A stretch of 41,991 bases of DNA from assembly GCA_035433445.1 (NCBI GenBank), contig DAORUY010000001.1:1-41991 (forward strand), read 5' to 3'. Both the position numbers and the translations under genes were made by a program. Within the stretch, counting starts at the first letter, position 1, and each line of letters opens with the position of its first letter. The stretch is from Paracoccaceae bacterium. Its GTDB lineage: Bacteria > Pseudomonadota > Alphaproteobacteria > Rhodobacterales > Rhodobacteraceae. The notes below the pieces were generated by a model. It was not told the origin of the DNA. It did not search any database and saw only the letters and a list, made by a program, of their open reading frames with translations. Below are positions 10,928-21,999 of the stretch, piece by piece.

Positions 10928-11902
10928 TCAGGGATTCCAGACGAGCGACCCCCACAAGGTGCCTGCCCCGAACGCGGACATGAGGACTGGCCCATCGGCC
11001 AAGGCCCCGCCTTCCGCGATACGAACCGACAGCGCCAAGGGGATCGTCGCTGCCGAGGAATTGCCGTGCCGCGCCAGCGTGCCGAGCCACTCTGCCCGCT
11101 CAAGACCAAGACTATTGCCGACGCGGCGGATGATCCGCTGATTGGCCTGATGGGGCAGCCAAGTCGCGACATCCCCCGCCCCAAGCCCCGCGCGCGACAA
11201 CGCCGCGCGGCCTGACCGGACCATCCCGTCCACCGCCGCCGTGAAAACGGCCGGCCCGTCCGGCATCCGCATGGTCAGCCCGCCCTCGCCCGGCGCATCA
11301 TAGGGCAAACGCGTGCCGCCGCGCGGGATCGAGATCATGTCATAACTGCTGCCATCCGACCCAAGATCAGCCGCCAGAAGCCCGCGCGACGGGTCCTTGC
11401 AGGGCCGCAAAAGCACGGCGCCCGCCGCATCGGCGAAAAGCACACGGCTTGCGGCTTCGGTCGGTTCGATCCTGCGGCTCAGGATATTGGCACCGATCAC
11501 CAAAACTGCCTGTCCGGTCATCTTGCAATGGGCGACGCCCAGCGCCAGCGCATGCAGAAAACCCGCGCAGGCCCCCGCAAGATCAACAGCACCGCAAGAC
11601 AGGCCCAGCCGATGCGCAACTAGGGGCGCGGTCGGCGGCAAGAGATGATCGGGCGTGGATGTGGCCAGCAGCAAAAGCCCCACATCCCTTGCGCCCGCCA
11701 GCGCCATCTGCCCTGCGGGCACCGCCAGATCGCTGAGTGCCTGGCCGGGCGCGGCATAGTGGCGGGTGCGGATCCCAGTTCGCCCTTCGATCCAGCCAGC
11801 AGGCAAACCAAGATCGACCTCGATCTCGGCATTGGCAACCTGGCGTTCGGGCACATAGTGCCCGCTGCCTGCCCAGGTCACACCGCAATCAGCCGAACGC
11901 AT
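10928..11902 (-). CDS. bioZ: FabH-like 3-oxopimeloyl-ACP synthase BioZ
   Basis: KAS III fold with Cys-His-Asn triad (AGACAGF, PHQAN, HGNSSAATIP) and TSTPDHLLPP. Last gene of the bio operon, overlapping bioA. Confidence 0.85.
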   Translation of the reverse strand: MRSADCGVTWAGSGHYVPERQVANAEIEVDLGLPAGWIEGRTGIRTRHYAAPGQALSDLAVPAGQMALAGARDVGLLLLATSTPDHLLPPTAPLVAHRLGLSCGAVDLAGACAGFLHALALGVAHCKMTGQAVLVIGANILSRRIEPTEAASRVLFADAAGAVLLRPCKDPSRGLLAADLGSDGSSYDMISIPRGGTRLPYDAPGEGGLTMRMPDGPAVFTAAVDGMVRSGRAALSRAGLGAGDVATWLPHQANQRIIRRVGNSLGLERAEWLGTLARHGNSSAATIPLALSVRIAEGGALADGPVLMSAFGAGTLWGSLVWNP

Positions 11903-13148
11903 CCGCGGCCTCCAGCATCGCATCGTGGCAGGCGGTCAGTTCAGCCACAGTGCTGCAATAGGGCGGCAACAAATAGACGGTGTTTCCCAAAGGCCGGATC
12001 AAAAGGTTCCGCGCTGCGAAAAACCGCATCAGGTCTGGTCCAAGCGTCGACATATAGCTGCCCGTCCGGCCAACCTCGGCGGCAAGGATCGTACCGATCT
12101 GACGCGCGCCCGACAGGTTCGGATGGGCCTGCAACCGCGCCAGCCCTCCGGCCTGCACAGCAGCAACCGCGTCGATCCGGTCCTGCACGGGTTCACTATC
12201 CCACAGGTCCAGATTGGCCCCCGCCGCCGCGCAGGCAATCGGGTTTGCCGTGTAGGAGGATGAGTGGAAGAAGGTCTTGCTGCGGTCTTCTGACCAGTGG
12301 GATTGATAGATGGCCTCGCGGCAAAGCGTCACCGCCAAAGGCAGATGCCCGCCAGTAATGCCCTTGGACAGACACAGTATGTCAGGCACCACCCCGGCAT
12401 GATCGCAGGCCAGAAACCGCCCGGTCCGCCCCCAGCCGGTCATCACCTCGTCCGCGATCAGCAAAATGCCGTGGCGGGCGCAGATCGCCGCCATCTCGGC
12501 CAGAACCTTTGGGGAATAAAAAAGCATGCCGCCCGCACCAAGCGCCAGTGGCTCCACCAGAAACGCGGCGGTATCCGCGCGGCGGGCGAGCGCTTCCAGC
12601 GCGTCGAGTGTAGCTTGCTCTGCGCCCTCAGCGGGGAAAGGAATGCGGTCGACCGCGAAAAGCAGCGGGTCATAGGGTTGCGTGAACGCACCGCGTTCAC
12701 CCGCTGACATCGTGCCCACGGTATCGCCATGATAGCCATTTTCCATCACCACGATCCGGTGGCGGGCCTCGCCCCGATGGCGGAAATGACCCAAAGCCAT
12801 TTTCAGCGCAACCTCGACACAGGTCGAGCCGGAATCGCTGAAAAAGACCCTGGTCAGCGCGGGTGGCATCCGCGCGATCAGCCGTTTGGCAAAGCGTTCG
12901 GCGGGTTCGTGGGTATGGCCCGCGAAAATCACCTGATCAAGCGTTCCGGCCTGATCGCGGATCGCCTGAACGATATGGGGGTGGCAATGGCCATGTGTCA
13001 CCACCCACCAGGAGGAGATGGCGTCGAACACCCGCACACCCCCCGCGTCCGTCAGCCATGCGCCCGAGGCGCTGACAATGGGCCGCATCGCCGGGAAGAG
13101 CGCGTGTTGGGTAAACGGATGCCAGATGGGGCTTGTCTTCGGTGTCAT
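11889..13148 (-). CDS. bioA: Adenosylmethionine-8-amino-7-oxononanoate aminotransferase
   Basis: [45 protein letters not shown] (PLP Lys). ATGA overlap with the bioD stop. Confidence 0.95.
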   Translation of the reverse strand: MTPKTSPIWHPFTQHALFPAMRPIVSASGAWLTDAGGVRVFDAISSWWVVTHGHCHPHIVQAIRDQAGTLDQVIFAGHTHEPAERFAKRLIARMPPALTRVFFSDSGSTCVEVALKMALGHFRHRGEARHRIVVMENGYHGDTVGTMSAGERGAFTQPYDPLLFAVDRIPFPAEGAEQATLDALEALARRADTAAFLVEPLALGAGGMLFYSPKVLAEMAAICARHGILLIADEVMTGWGRTGRFLACDHAGVVPDILCLSKGITGGHLPLAVTLCREAIYQSHWSEDRSKTFFHSSSYTANPIACAAAGANLDLWDSEPVQDRIDAVAAVQAGGLARLQAHPNLSGARQIGTILAAEVGRTGSYMSTLGPDLMRFFAARNLLIRPLGNTVYLLPPYCSTVAELTACHDAMLEAADAFG

Positions 13149-13756
13149 GCGAAACGATCCGGGGGGAAACAATCATCGAATGCGGCGCGCAGGCTGCCGG
13201 GCTTCAGGCTTTGTAGGACGGGCAGTCGGCCAAGCCGCACTGTGTCGCCCATACGGCAGATCGTGGCTTCGACCTCGGGCGCCTCCGGACCGATGAAGGC
13301 CACGCCATGCAGCGGCACGCCAGTCGCTCTCAGCGCCGCAATAGACAAAAGACTGTGGTTGATCGTGCCCAGCGCCGTGCGCGCGCACAGGATCACCGGC
13401 AGACCCCAGCGCGCAAAAACGTCGAGGAAGGTTACCCTGTCGTTCAAAGGCACCATCAGGCCACCCGCCCCTTCGATGACCAGCGGCCGTTCCTTTGGCA
13501 GCGCCAGGCTCATATCGTCTATCCTGACGCCCTCGGCTGCGGCGGAGATATGGGGTGAGGCGGGCACGCTCAGTCGATAGGCCTCAGGCAGGACCGGTCG
13601 CCCGGACAGCCGCGCGACTGTTTCGCTGTCGGTCTCCTCCTCAAGCCCGGATTGGATCGGTTTCCAGTAGTGCGCCTGAAGGCGTCCGGTCAGCCCCGCC
13701 GCGAAGACCGTCTTGCCGATGCCCGTATCCGTGCCAGTGACGACGTAGGCTTTCAT
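13145..13756 (-). CDS. bioD: Dethiobiotin synthetase
   Basis: [12 protein letters not shown]-loop, [26 protein letters not shown]. Confidence 0.95.
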   Translation of the reverse strand: MKAYVVTGTDTGIGKTVFAAGLTGRLQAHYWKPIQSGLEEETDSETVARLSGRPVLPEAYRLSVPASPHISAAAEGVRIDDMSLALPKERPLVIEGAGGLMVPLNDRVTFLDVFARWGLPVILCARTALGTINHSLLSIAALRATGVPLHGVAFIGPEAPEVEATICRMGDTVRLGRLPVLQSLKPGSLRAAFDDCFPPDRFA

Positions 13757-14877
13757 GTCAGTATGGCCCCCAAAGCCGCAAAAGCGGCTGCAATAGTGTC
13801 TTCTTCGGGGTTCAGCGTCAGCGACAGGCGCAACCGTTCTTCCCCTTTGGGGACCGTTGGCGCGCGAATGGCACGAATGTCGAACCCCTGATCCTGAAGT
13901 CTGGCGGCAGCGGTAAGAACTTCTGCATCCCCTTCGATTCGCACTGGCTGAATTTGCGTCCCCGTGGGCACAAGCCCGATGGACCGAGCCATATCGCCCG
14001 CCCGCACGACCCGTGCCATCAGCGCTTCGCGGCGCGAGGGATCCGCATCAAGACGCGAAAGCACCCCGCACAACACTTCTGCCAGGAGCGGCGAGGGCGC
14101 GGTGGAATATATGAAGCCGCGCGCGCGGTTCACAAGAACCTCGATCAACGGTTGCGCGGCGCAGACCAGCGCCCCCTGAACACCCAGCGCCTTGCCGCAG
14201 GTATGCAGGGTAACCAGATTTTCCCGCCCGGCAATGTCGGCGGAAAGGCCACGCCCTCCAGCCCCCCAGATGCCGGTCGCGTGGGCTTCGTCCACGATCA
14301 GGAAGGCATTCTGCCGGTCAGCCAGCGCCATCAGCTCGGCCAGCGGCGCGCAATCGCCGTCCATGCTGAACAGGCTTTCCGTCGCGATCCAGACATGGCC
14401 CTTGCCGCCCGTCGCCCGCCAGTCCCCCAGTGCCGCCTCGGCCCCGGTCACATCATTATGAGGGAAGGCACGGGTTTCCGCCGCGCCAAGGCGCATCCCG
14501 TCCAGCGCGCTGGCATGGATCAGCGCATCGTGCAGCACCAGATCGCGCGCCTGCGGCAATGCCGAAAACACGGCAAGATTTGCAGTATATCCGGCACCGA
14601 AATAAAGCGCGCTTTCGCTGGCGAAATGGCGGGCGGCCACAGCCTCCAGCCTTTCGAACGTTTCATGATTGCCGCGCAACAAGCGCGCCGCACCCGCGCC
14701 AGGGGCGATACCGCGCGACAGGGCGCTTGCCGCCAGATCACGAACCAGTTCCGACCCAGCTAGACCCAGATAGTCGTTCGAGGCGAAATCGGCGCCCGTG
14801 ATCGGGGTCAGCCTGCGCAACCGTCCCCTTTGGCCAAGACTGTCCAAAAGCCCACGATGCGCGTCGAGCAGGGTCAT
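13753..14877 (-). CDS. bioF: 8-amino-7-oxononanoate synthase
   Basis: [39 protein letters not shown] (PLP Lys). Confidence 0.95.
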   Translation of the reverse strand: MTLLDAHRGLLDSLGQRGRLRRLTPITGADFASNDYLGLAGSELVRDLAASALSRGIAPGAGAARLLRGNHETFERLEAVAARHFASESALYFGAGYTANLAVFSALPQARDLVLHDALIHASALDGMRLGAAETRAFPHNDVTGAEAALGDWRATGGKGHVWIATESLFSMDGDCAPLAELMALADRQNAFLIVDEAHATGIWGAGGRGLSADIAGRENLVTLHTCGKALGVQGALVCAAQPLIEVLVNRARGFIYSTAPSPLLAEVLCGVLSRLDADPSRREALMARVVRAGDMARSIGLVPTGTQIQPVRIEGDAEVLTAAARLQDQGFDIRAIRAPTVPKGEERLRLSLTLNPEEDTIAAAFAALGAILT

Positions 14878-15875
14878 TCGGCCGCGGAACGGCAGGTCTG
14901 TTCCTGCACGGCTTCCGGCTTGATGCCCAGCCGGTCGAAGAGGCGCTGATCCTTGTCTTCACCCGGATTGGCAGCGGTCAGGAGCGTATCGCCCATGAAG
15001 ATCGAATTGGCGCCGGCAAAGAAGCACAGGGCCTGCATCTCGTCGCTCATCTCCGTCCGACCGGCCGACAGGCGCATATGGCTTTTCGGCATCAGGATCC
15101 GGCCCAGCGCCACCACGCGCACGAAGTCGATGGGATCGACCGGCGCAGCCTTCGCGAGCGGCGTATCGGCAATCGGGATCAGCATGTTGATCGGCACACT
15201 TTCAGGATGCTCGGGCAGGGTCGCCAGTGTCAGAAGCATGTCGATCCGGTCGCCTTCCGTTTCGCCCATGCCCAGAATGCCGCCGGAACAGACCTTGATC
15301 CCGGCCTCCCGTACACGGGCCAGCGTATCCAGCCGGTCGGCGAAGGTGCGGGTGGTTATTACTTCGGAATAGAAACTCTCGGACGTGTCGATGTTGTGGT
15401 TGTAGTAATCAAGACCCGCCCCTTTCAACCGCAGAACCTGATTTTCATCCAGCATCCCAAGCGTCATGCAGGTTTCCATGCCCATCTCGCGCACACCGCG
15501 CACCATCGCTTCGATGGCGGGCATGTCGCGTTCCTTGGGGCTGCGCCAGGCCGCGCCCATGCAATAGCGCGTCGCCCCGGCGTCCTTGGCCTTGCGGGCC
15601 TCGGCCAGCACCCGCTCCACCTCCATCAACTTGGAGGCCGAAAGCTGCGACCCGTTTCGGGCCGACTGGCTGCAATAGCTGCAATCTTCGGGGCAACCGC
15701 CGGTCTTGACCGACAGAAGCCTGCTCATCTGCACTCGGTTGGGGTCGAAATGCGCCCGATGCACGGTCTGCGCCTGAAACAGCAGGTCCATGAAGGGCTG
15801 GCTATAGATCGCCTCCGCCTCGGCGCGGGTCCAGTCAGAGCGGCTGGCGGTGGTTTGCGGCAAGTCTTTCGGCAT
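14874..15875 (-). CDS. bioB: Biotin synthase (radical SAM)
   Basis: [45 protein letters not shown]. Confidence 0.97.
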   Translation of the reverse strand: MPKDLPQTTASRSDWTRAEAEAIYSQPFMDLLFQAQTVHRAHFDPNRVQMSRLLSVKTGGCPEDCSYCSQSARNGSQLSASKLMEVERVLAEARKAKDAGATRYCMGAAWRSPKERDMPAIEAMVRGVREMGMETCMTLGMLDENQVLRLKGAGLDYYNHNIDTSESFYSEVITTRTFADRLDTLARVREAGIKVCSGGILGMGETEGDRIDMLLTLATLPEHPESVPINMLIPIADTPLAKAAPVDPIDFVRVVALGRILMPKSHMRLSAGRTEMSDEMQALCFFAGANSIFMGDTLLTAANPGEDKDQRLFDRLGIKPEAVQEQTCRSAAE

Positions 15876-15904
15876 AGGTCCCCCGTTCGAAACGCGGAGG
15901 CGGA

Positions 15905-15914
15905 TTATCTACAA
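15905..15914. promoter_or_regulatory. BioR operator upstream of bioB
   Basis: TTATCTACAA, a 9/10 match to the BioR consensus TTATMKATAA, about 30 bp upstream of the bioB start. Confidence 0.75.
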
Positions 15915-15945
15915 AATTGCTGCCCTCGCGCTGATTGATCTCATA

Positions 15946-15955
15946 TTATCTATTT
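15946..15955. promoter_or_regulatory. Second, weaker BioR-like operator overlapping the bioR stop codon
   Basis: TTATCTATTT, an 8/10 match. ATTATCTA is directly repeated at 15904 and 15945. Confidence 0.45.
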
Positions 15956-16614
15956 CCTGTCCAGACCGCACCCGAACCCGCCGTCCGGCCGACGCCTGAT
16001 GACAGATGGCCTCGGCGGATATGGCGGGTCAGCAATGTCGCGCACAGTTCCGCATCTCCCGACTGAAGGGCCGACAGAATCGCCTTGTGATCGCGATCAA
16101 CGCGCGGAAAGGTCCCAGCTTGCTTTCCGCCCAGCGCTCGCGCCGACAGGGCCGACGTCATCTGCAGCCGCCTGACGGCATGCAGAAGTTCCGGCAGCGG
16201 ACAGGGCGCAATCAACAAGGCATGAAACCGCCGGTTGGCTTCCTCCCAATCCTCGGCAGTCCCCGCCCGGCCACAGGCTGCATCAGCCTCGATCACCGCG
16301 CCCAGATCTTCCGGGGTATAGGCGGCCACGGCATGCAGGAACGCCAACCCTTCCAGAACCGCGCGCATTTCCAGCGTTTCGAAATGCTGCTCGTGGCCAT
16401 GTTGTGCAACCCGCACGCCGCGCCTGGGCAGCGAAACCACCAGCCCGTCCGCCTCCAGCCGACGGAAGGCTTCGCGCACCGGCACATGGCTTGAGGCGAA
16501 CTCTGTCGCAATCTCTTCCTGCCGCAAGCGGGTACCCGCCCGCAATTCGCCCGACACGATCCGCGCCGAAAGTCTTTCGGCGATCTGGTCGACTATCGTG
16601 GGTGCCATCTTCAT
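15946..16614 (-). CDS. bioR: GntR/FCD-family biotin repressor BioR
   Basis: wHTH RLRQEEIATEFASSHVPVREAFRRLEADGLV..PRRGVRV plus FCD domain (NRRFH, DRDHKAIL). Immediately upstream of bioB, with BioR-like boxes between. Start at 16614 or 16608. Confidence 0.8.
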   Translation of the reverse strand: MKMAPTIVDQIAERLSARIVSGELRAGTRLRQEEIATEFASSHVPVREAFRRLEADGLVVSLPRRGVRVAQHGHEQHFETLEMRAVLEGLAFLHAVAAYTPEDLGAVIEADAACGRAGTAEDWEEANRRFHALLIAPCPLPELLHAVRRLQMTSALSARALGGKQAGTFPRVDRDHKAILSALQSGDAELCATLLTRHIRRGHLSSGVGRTAGSGAVWTGNR

Positions 16615-16653
16615 GCTTGCCGTTGTGCGTCGATCCGACCGGGGGGACAAGTC

Positions 16654-19110
16654 CTAAGGCCTGACCGTCCGACCAAAGCGGCGAAGGCGAAGCGCATTGC
16701 TGACCACAAAGACCGACGACAAGGCCATCGCCCCCGCCGCAAACGCCGGCGAAAGGAGCAGGCCGAAATTTGGGTAAAGCACGCCTGCCGCAACCGGGAT
16801 CAGCGCAGCATTATAGGCAAAGGCCCAAAAGAGGTTCTGCCGGATATTGCGCATCGCCGCCCGGCTGAGCGCAAGTGCATCCGATATGCCGGTCAGGCGC
16901 CCCGACATCAGCACCACATCGGCCGCCTCGATCGCAATATCGGTGCCTGTGCCAATGGCCAGACCCACATCCGCGGCCGCCAGTGCGGGTGCATCGTTGA
17001 TCCCGTCGCCCACATAGGCAAGCGGCCCCTGCGCTTTCAGCCGCGCGATCGCCGCCACTTTTCCTTCGGGCAGGACCTCGGCCACCACCTCGTCGATCCC
17101 AAGCTTTCGCGCGATTGCCTGAGCAGTCCGCTCCGCATCGCCGGTGATCATCACCACCTTGATTCCCTGATCATGCAAAGCGGCAATCGCGGCGGGCGTC
17201 GTGTCCTTGATCTTGTCCGACACGGCGATGATCGCGGCGCACTGATCATCCAGCGCGACATAGAGCGGGCTTTTGCCCTCTGCCGCCAACACCGACGCCT
17301 GATCGGCAAATATCGTAGGATCAAGGCCAAGCGACAACATGAACCGGTCCGCGCCAACGGCGATCCGTTGCGCGCCGATCATCGCGGTAACGCCCATGCC
17401 GGGAATGGCCCGAAAGCCCTCCACCATCGGCAAAGGGCCACTTGCCGCCGCAACAATGGCGCGCGCGATCGGATGTTCCGACTTTGCCTCGACCGCCGCG
17501 ATCATAGGCAACAGATCCTCTCGGGTCAGGCCCGGCGCAAGGACAAGGTCGGTCAGCTCTGGCTTGCCTTCGGTCAGCGTGCCGGTCTTGTCGACGGCAA
17601 TGATCTTGACGTCCCGCAGCGCCTGCAGGGCCTCCCCCCTGCGGAAGAGAATGCCCATCTCCGCCGCACGGCCAGTTGCAACCATGATCGAGGTCGGCGT
17701 CGCAAGGCCCATAGCGCAAGGGCAGGCAATGATCAGCACCGCAACCGCATTGACCAGCGCAAAGCCAAGCGCGGGCGGGGGACCGAACACCAGCCAGACC
17801 AGAAAGGTCACCGCCGCCAGGCCCATGACCACCGGCACGAACCACAGGGTGATCCGGTCCACCAGTGCCTGTATTGGCAGTTTGCCGCCCTGCGCAGCTT
17901 CGACCATGCGGATGATCTGGGCCAATACGGTTGCGCTGCCAACCGCCGTTGCGCGCAGGGTCAGCGCTCCGGTCTGATTGACGGTGCCGCCCGTTACCAC
18001 CGCGTCCGCCGACTTGGCGACCGGCAGCGGTTCGCCGGAAATCATGCTCTCGTCCACCCAGCTTTCGCCTTCGGTCACGACCCCATCGACCGGCAACCGT
18101 TCCCCCGGTCGGACCAGCACGAGATCGCCGGTCCGCACGTCCGCAAGCGGTATTTCAGTCGGCGCCCCATCCCGCAGCACATGGGCCGTCTTGGGTTGCA
18201 GGCCGACCAGCCGCTTGATGGCCTCGGAGGTTCGGCCCTTGGCGCCGGCTTCAAGAAAGCGGCCAAGCAGGATCAGCGTCACGATGACCGCCGCCGCTTC
18301 GTAATAGACATTGACCGTACCGATAGGCAAAAGCCCCGGCCAGAACGTCGCCACCACGGAATAGCCGTAAGCCGCGCTGGCCCCAACGGCGACAAGGCTG
18401 TTCATGTCGGGGGCGCCGCGCAAAAGCGCCGGTATGCCCTTTTGCCAGAACCGCCGACCTGGCCCGGCCAGAACCAGTGTCGTCAGCACGAATTGCACCA
18501 ACCAGGATGCCTGCATGCCGATACTGCCCATGATCAGCCGGTGAAGGGGCGCGAACATGTGGCTGCCCATCTCCATCACGAAAACCGGTAGGGTCAGCGC
18601 GCCCGCCAAAACCAGATCACGCTTGAGCTTGCTCGACTCTTCCGCCCGGCGCGCATCGCCCTCACCCTCGCCGGACGCGATGCTGCGCGCCTCATATCCC
18701 GCGCGACGCACCGCCGCGATCAGCGCCGCCTCATCCGCCACACCCCGGATGGCCGCGGTTTCGGTCGCGAGATTGACATTGGCCTCCGTCACGCCCGGCG
18801 TTGCACGAAGCGCGCGCTCCACGCGACCCACACAGGACGCGCAGGTCATCCCCTCGATCGACAGCACCATCCGCCGTTCGCGGACGCCATAACCGGCCTT
18901 TTCGACGGTGGAAATAAGCTGGGCCGCTTGCAGACCGACGCCCGACACTTCTGCCCGTTCGGCGGCAAGATTGACCGATACATCCGTGACGCCCGGCACG
19001 GCCTTCAGCATCCGCTCCACCCGCCCCACGCACGAGGCGCAGGTCATGCCCTCCACCTCAAAGGACAGGTGCATTTGCGGGGCAATGGGTGTGGATGGGG
19101 CAATAGTCAT
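16654..19110 (-). CDS. copA: Copper-translocating P1B-1 type ATPase
   Basis: Two GMTCASC HMA domains, [32 protein letters not shown], and the Cu(I)-specific YN and MALSS motifs. Confidence 0.93.
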   Translation of the reverse strand: MTIAPSTPIAPQMHLSFEVEGMTCASCVGRVERMLKAVPGVTDVSVNLAAERAEVSGVGLQAAQLISTVEKAGYGVRERRMVLSIEGMTCASCVGRVERALRATPGVTEANVNLATETAAIRGVADEAALIAAVRRAGYEARSIASGEGEGDARRAEESSKLKRDLVLAGALTLPVFVMEMGSHMFAPLHRLIMGSIGMQASWLVQFVLTTLVLAGPGRRFWQKGIPALLRGAPDMNSLVAVGASAAYGYSVVATFWPGLLPIGTVNVYYEAAAVIVTLILLGRFLEAGAKGRTSEAIKRLVGLQPKTAHVLRDGAPTEIPLADVRTGDLVLVRPGERLPVDGVVTEGESWVDESMISGEPLPVAKSADAVVTGGTVNQTGALTLRATAVGSATVLAQIIRMVEAAQGGKLPIQALVDRITLWFVPVVMGLAAVTFLVWLVFGPPPALGFALVNAVAVLIIACPCAMGLATPTSIMVATGRAAEMGILFRRGEALQALRDVKIIAVDKTGTLTEGKPELTDLVLAPGLTREDLLPMIAAVEAKSEHPIARAIVAAASGPLPMVEGFRAIPGMGVTAMIGAQRIAVGADRFMLSLGLDPTIFADQASVLAAEGKSPLYVALDDQCAAIIAVSDKIKDTTPAAIAALHDQGIKVVMITGDAERTAQAIARKLGIDEVVAEVLPEGKVAAIARLKAQGPLAYVGDGINDAPALAAADVGLAIGTGTDIAIEAADVVLMSGRLTGISDALALSRAAMRNIRQNLFWAFAYNAALIPVAAGVLYPNFGLLLSPAFAAGAMALSSVFVVSNALRLRRFGRTVRP

Positions 19111-19146
19111 GGCGCCTCTCCTTTCGGTAAGCCGGAGCAGCCTAGA

Positions 19147-19177
19147 CAGATAAGGGGCCTAACCGACGGAAGGTCAA
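19147..19177 (-). promoter_or_regulatory. MerR/CueR-type promoter of copA
   Basis: Minus strand TTGACC-N19-TATCTG. The ACCTTCC CueR half-site overlaps the -35, and a 19-bp spacer is typical of MerR-family promoters. The right half-site is degenerate. Confidence 0.6.
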
Positions 19178-19272
19178 GGGTTTGGCGCTGACTGTCCCCG
19201 ACCGCCAACTTTCAGATGCGGCTTTTCCATCCCCCGCGCCTTTTGTAGGGTCGCGCGAACACGGAGGGTCCC

Positions 19273-21924
19273 TTGAGCGGTTCGGAAAATCAGACAACGC
19301 CCATGATGGCGCAATATCTGGAGATCAAGGGGCGCTACCCCGAGGCGCTTCTGTTTTACCGGATGGGCGATTTCTATGAGATGTTCTTCGCAGACGCAGA
19401 AGCGGCGGCGGCGGCGCTCGACATTGCGCTGACCAAGCGTGGGCAGCATCTGGGCCAGGACATTCCCATGTGCGGCGTGCCGGTTCATGCCGCCGAAGGA
19501 TATCTGCTGACGCTGATCCGCAAAGGCTTCCGCGTGGCCATCGCCGAACAGATGGAAGATCCGGCCGAAGCGAAGAAACGCGGCGCCAAATCGGTCGTCG
19601 CGCGGGATGTCGTGCGGCTTGTGACGCCCGGCACGCTGACCGAGGAAACCCTGCTGGAAGCGCGACGCAACAACTTCCTGGCCGCATGGGCCGAGGTGCG
19701 GGACGAGGCGGCGCTGGCCTGGGCCGATATCTCTACCGGAGAGTTTCGGGTGATGATCTGCCCGCTGGTCCGTCTTGCCCCGGAACTCGCGCGCCTTGCG
19801 CCGCGCGAACTGGTCGTCAGCGAAACGCGGGAAGCCGATTTGGCCACGTTAGTGTCTGCTTCGGGTGCCGCACTTACCCCTTTGTCGCGCGGATCGTTCG
19901 ACAGTCAGGGGGCGGAAAAGCGGCTTTGCGATCTGTTCGGGGTCGGCACGCTTGACGCTTTCGGATCGTTCGACCGCGCCGAACGATCCGCTTTGGGGGC
20001 GATTGTCGAATATCTCGACCTGACCCAGCGCGGGCGCCTGCCACTCCTGCGCCCCCCGGTACGGGAGTCCGCCGGCGGTTTCGTGCAGATCGACGCCGCG
20101 ACACGGCGCAACCTGGAAATCACGCAAAGCCTGTCGGGCGGGCGTGATGGATCCCTGATCGCGGCGATTGACCGCACCGTGACCGCCGCCGGGGCGCGTC
20201 TGCTCGACCGCCGCCTGTCCGCCCCATCGCGCGATCTGACCGAAATCCGCGAACGGCTTTCGGCGGTGCGCGCGCTGGTCGGCGAGGCGCGCCAGACCGA
20301 GGCCCTGCGCGCCGATCTGAAGCAGGTGCCGGACATGGACCGCGCCCTGTCCCGCCTGGCGCTGGACCGGGGAGGCCCGCGCGACATCGCGGCGATTCGC
20401 GACGGCCTTTCGGGCGCCGGCCGCATTGCCCAGCGTATACTGGCCGCCGATCTGCCGGACCGGCTGAAGGTGGCGGCGCAGGCGCTGACCGGGCACGAGG
20501 ATCTGGTCGGACTGTTGGGCGCCGCGCTGGTTTCCGACCCGCCGCTTCTGGCGCGCGATGGCGGCTTCATCGCCTCGGGTCACGACCCGGATCTGGACGA
20601 AGCCCGCAAACTGCGCGACGCGGGGCGCAGCGTCATCGCGGCCTTGCAGGCCGAGTATGTGGCTATTTCCGGTGTGCAGAGCCTGAAGATCAAACATAAC
20701 AATGTGCTGGGCTATTTCATCGAAACAACCGACACCCATGCGGCCAGAATGCTGTCGCCCCCGCTGAATGAAACCTTCATTCACCGCCAGACGACCGCCA
20801 ATCAGGTGCGTTTCACCACCCTGCCGCTCAGCGAGTTGGAAAGCCGGATCCTGAACGCCGGAAACCGGGCGCTGGAGATTGAAAAGCGGCTCTATGATGG
20901 CCTGAAAGCCATTTTGCTGGACGCCGCCCCGCTGATCACCCAGGCCGCACGCGCTTTGGCAGAAATCGACCTGACCACTGCCTTTGCCGATCTCGCCCGT
21001 ACTGAGGATTGGTGCGAACCCTCAATTGATGAAAGCCGCGCGTTCGAGATTGAAGGCGGTCGGCACCCGGTTGTCGAAAATGCACTCAAACGCACCGGCA
21101 CACCTTTCGTGGCCAACGACTGCGCCCTGACCGACGGCGGCACACCCGCGATCTGGCTGCTGACCGGCCCGAACATGGCCGGTAAATCGACCTTCCTCAG
21201 GCAAAACGCACTCATTGCGCTCCTGGCGCAGGCTGGATCCTACGTTCCGGCCAACCGGGCCCGTATCGGCCTTGTCAGCCAGCTGTTCAGCCGTGTTGGC
21301 GCCGCCGACGATCTGGCGCGGGGGCGATCGACCTTCATGGTGGAAATGGTCGAAACGGCCGCAATCCTCAACCAGGCGGATGACCGGGCGCTGGTGATTC
21401 TGGACGAAATCGGGCGCGGCACCGCCACCTATGACGGGCTTTCGATTGCCTGGGCGACGCTGGAACATCTGCATGAGACGAACCGCTGCCGGGCGCTCTT
21501 CGCCACACATTACCATGAAATGACCGCGCTTGCGGGCAAGCTTTCCGGTGTCGAAAATGCCACGGTCACCGTCAAGGAATGGCACGGTGATGTGATCTTC
21601 CTGCACGAGGTGCGCAAGGGCGCCGCCGATCGCAGCTATGGCGTGCAGGTGGCGCGCCTGGCCGGCCTGCCCGCGGCCGTGGTGGAGCGCGCCAAGGTGG
21701 TGCTGGAGGCCCTTGAAAAGGGCGAGCGCGAAGGCGGCACCCGCAAACATACGCTGATCGACGACCTGCCCCTGTTCAGCAACACCCCGGCCCCCGCCCC
21801 GATCCGGGTGCCGAAAGGCCCGTCGGCGCTGGAAGATCAGATCCGCGCCCTGCATCCGGACGAGATGACGCCCCTGCAAGCGCTCGCAGCGCTTTATGAT
21901 CTCAAGCGCCAGGCTGGTTCATAA
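19273..21924 (+). CDS. mutS: DNA mismatch repair protein MutS
   Basis: [57 protein letters not shown] start preceded by a GGAGG SD. Confidence 0.97.
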   Translation: MSGSENQTTPMMAQYLEIKGRYPEALLFYRMGDFYEMFFADAEAAAAALDIALTKRGQHLGQDIPMCGVPVHAAEGYLLTLIRKGFRVAIAEQMEDPAEAKKRGAKSVVARDVVRLVTPGTLTEETLLEARRNNFLAAWAEVRDEAALAWADISTGEFRVMICPLVRLAPELARLAPRELVVSETREADLATLVSASGAALTPLSRGSFDSQGAEKRLCDLFGVGTLDAFGSFDRAERSALGAIVEYLDLTQRGRLPLLRPPVRESAGGFVQIDAATRRNLEITQSLSGGRDGSLIAAIDRTVTAAGARLLDRRLSAPSRDLTEIRERLSAVRALVGEARQTEALRADLKQVPDMDRALSRLALDRGGPRDIAAIRDGLSGAGRIAQRILAADLPDRLKVAAQALTGHEDLVGLLGAALVSDPPLLARDGGFIASGHDPDLDEARKLRDAGRSVIAALQAEYVAISGVQSLKIKHNNVLGYFIETTDTHAARMLSPPLNETFIHRQTTANQVRFTTLPLSELESRILNAGNRALEIEKRLYDGLKAILLDAAPLITQAARALAEIDLTTAFADLARTEDWCEPSIDESRAFEIEGGRHPVVENALKRTGTPFVANDCALTDGGTPAIWLLTGPNMAGKSTFLRQNALIALLAQAGSYVPANRARIGLVSQLFSRVGAADDLARGRSTFMVEMVETAAILNQADDRALVILDEIGRGTATYDGLSIAWATLEHLHETNRCRALFATHYHEMTALAGKLSGVENATVTVKEWHGDVIFLHEVRKGAADRSYGVQVARLAGLPAAVVERAKVVLEALEKGEREGGTRKHTLIDDLPLFSNTPAPAPIRVPKGPSALEDQIRALHPDEMTPLQALAALYDLKRQAGS

Positions 21925-21934
21925 CCAGCTTGCG

Positions 21935-21961
21935 GTCCGGTTTTCCGGACTTTTGTTATTT
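21935..21961 (+). terminator. Probable intrinsic terminator after mutS
   Basis: GTCCGG-TTTT-CCGGAC hairpin followed by TTTTGTTATTT, 10 nt after the mutS stop. Confidence 0.55.
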
Positions 21962-21999
21962 GTTGGCCTGCGCCAGCCTGGGGTCGGGTTCGTTCACAT

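Noticed and set aside
18811-19056. Internal direct repeat near the 5' end of copA
   Set aside because: Explained by the two tandem HMA ([13 protein letters not shown]) domains.
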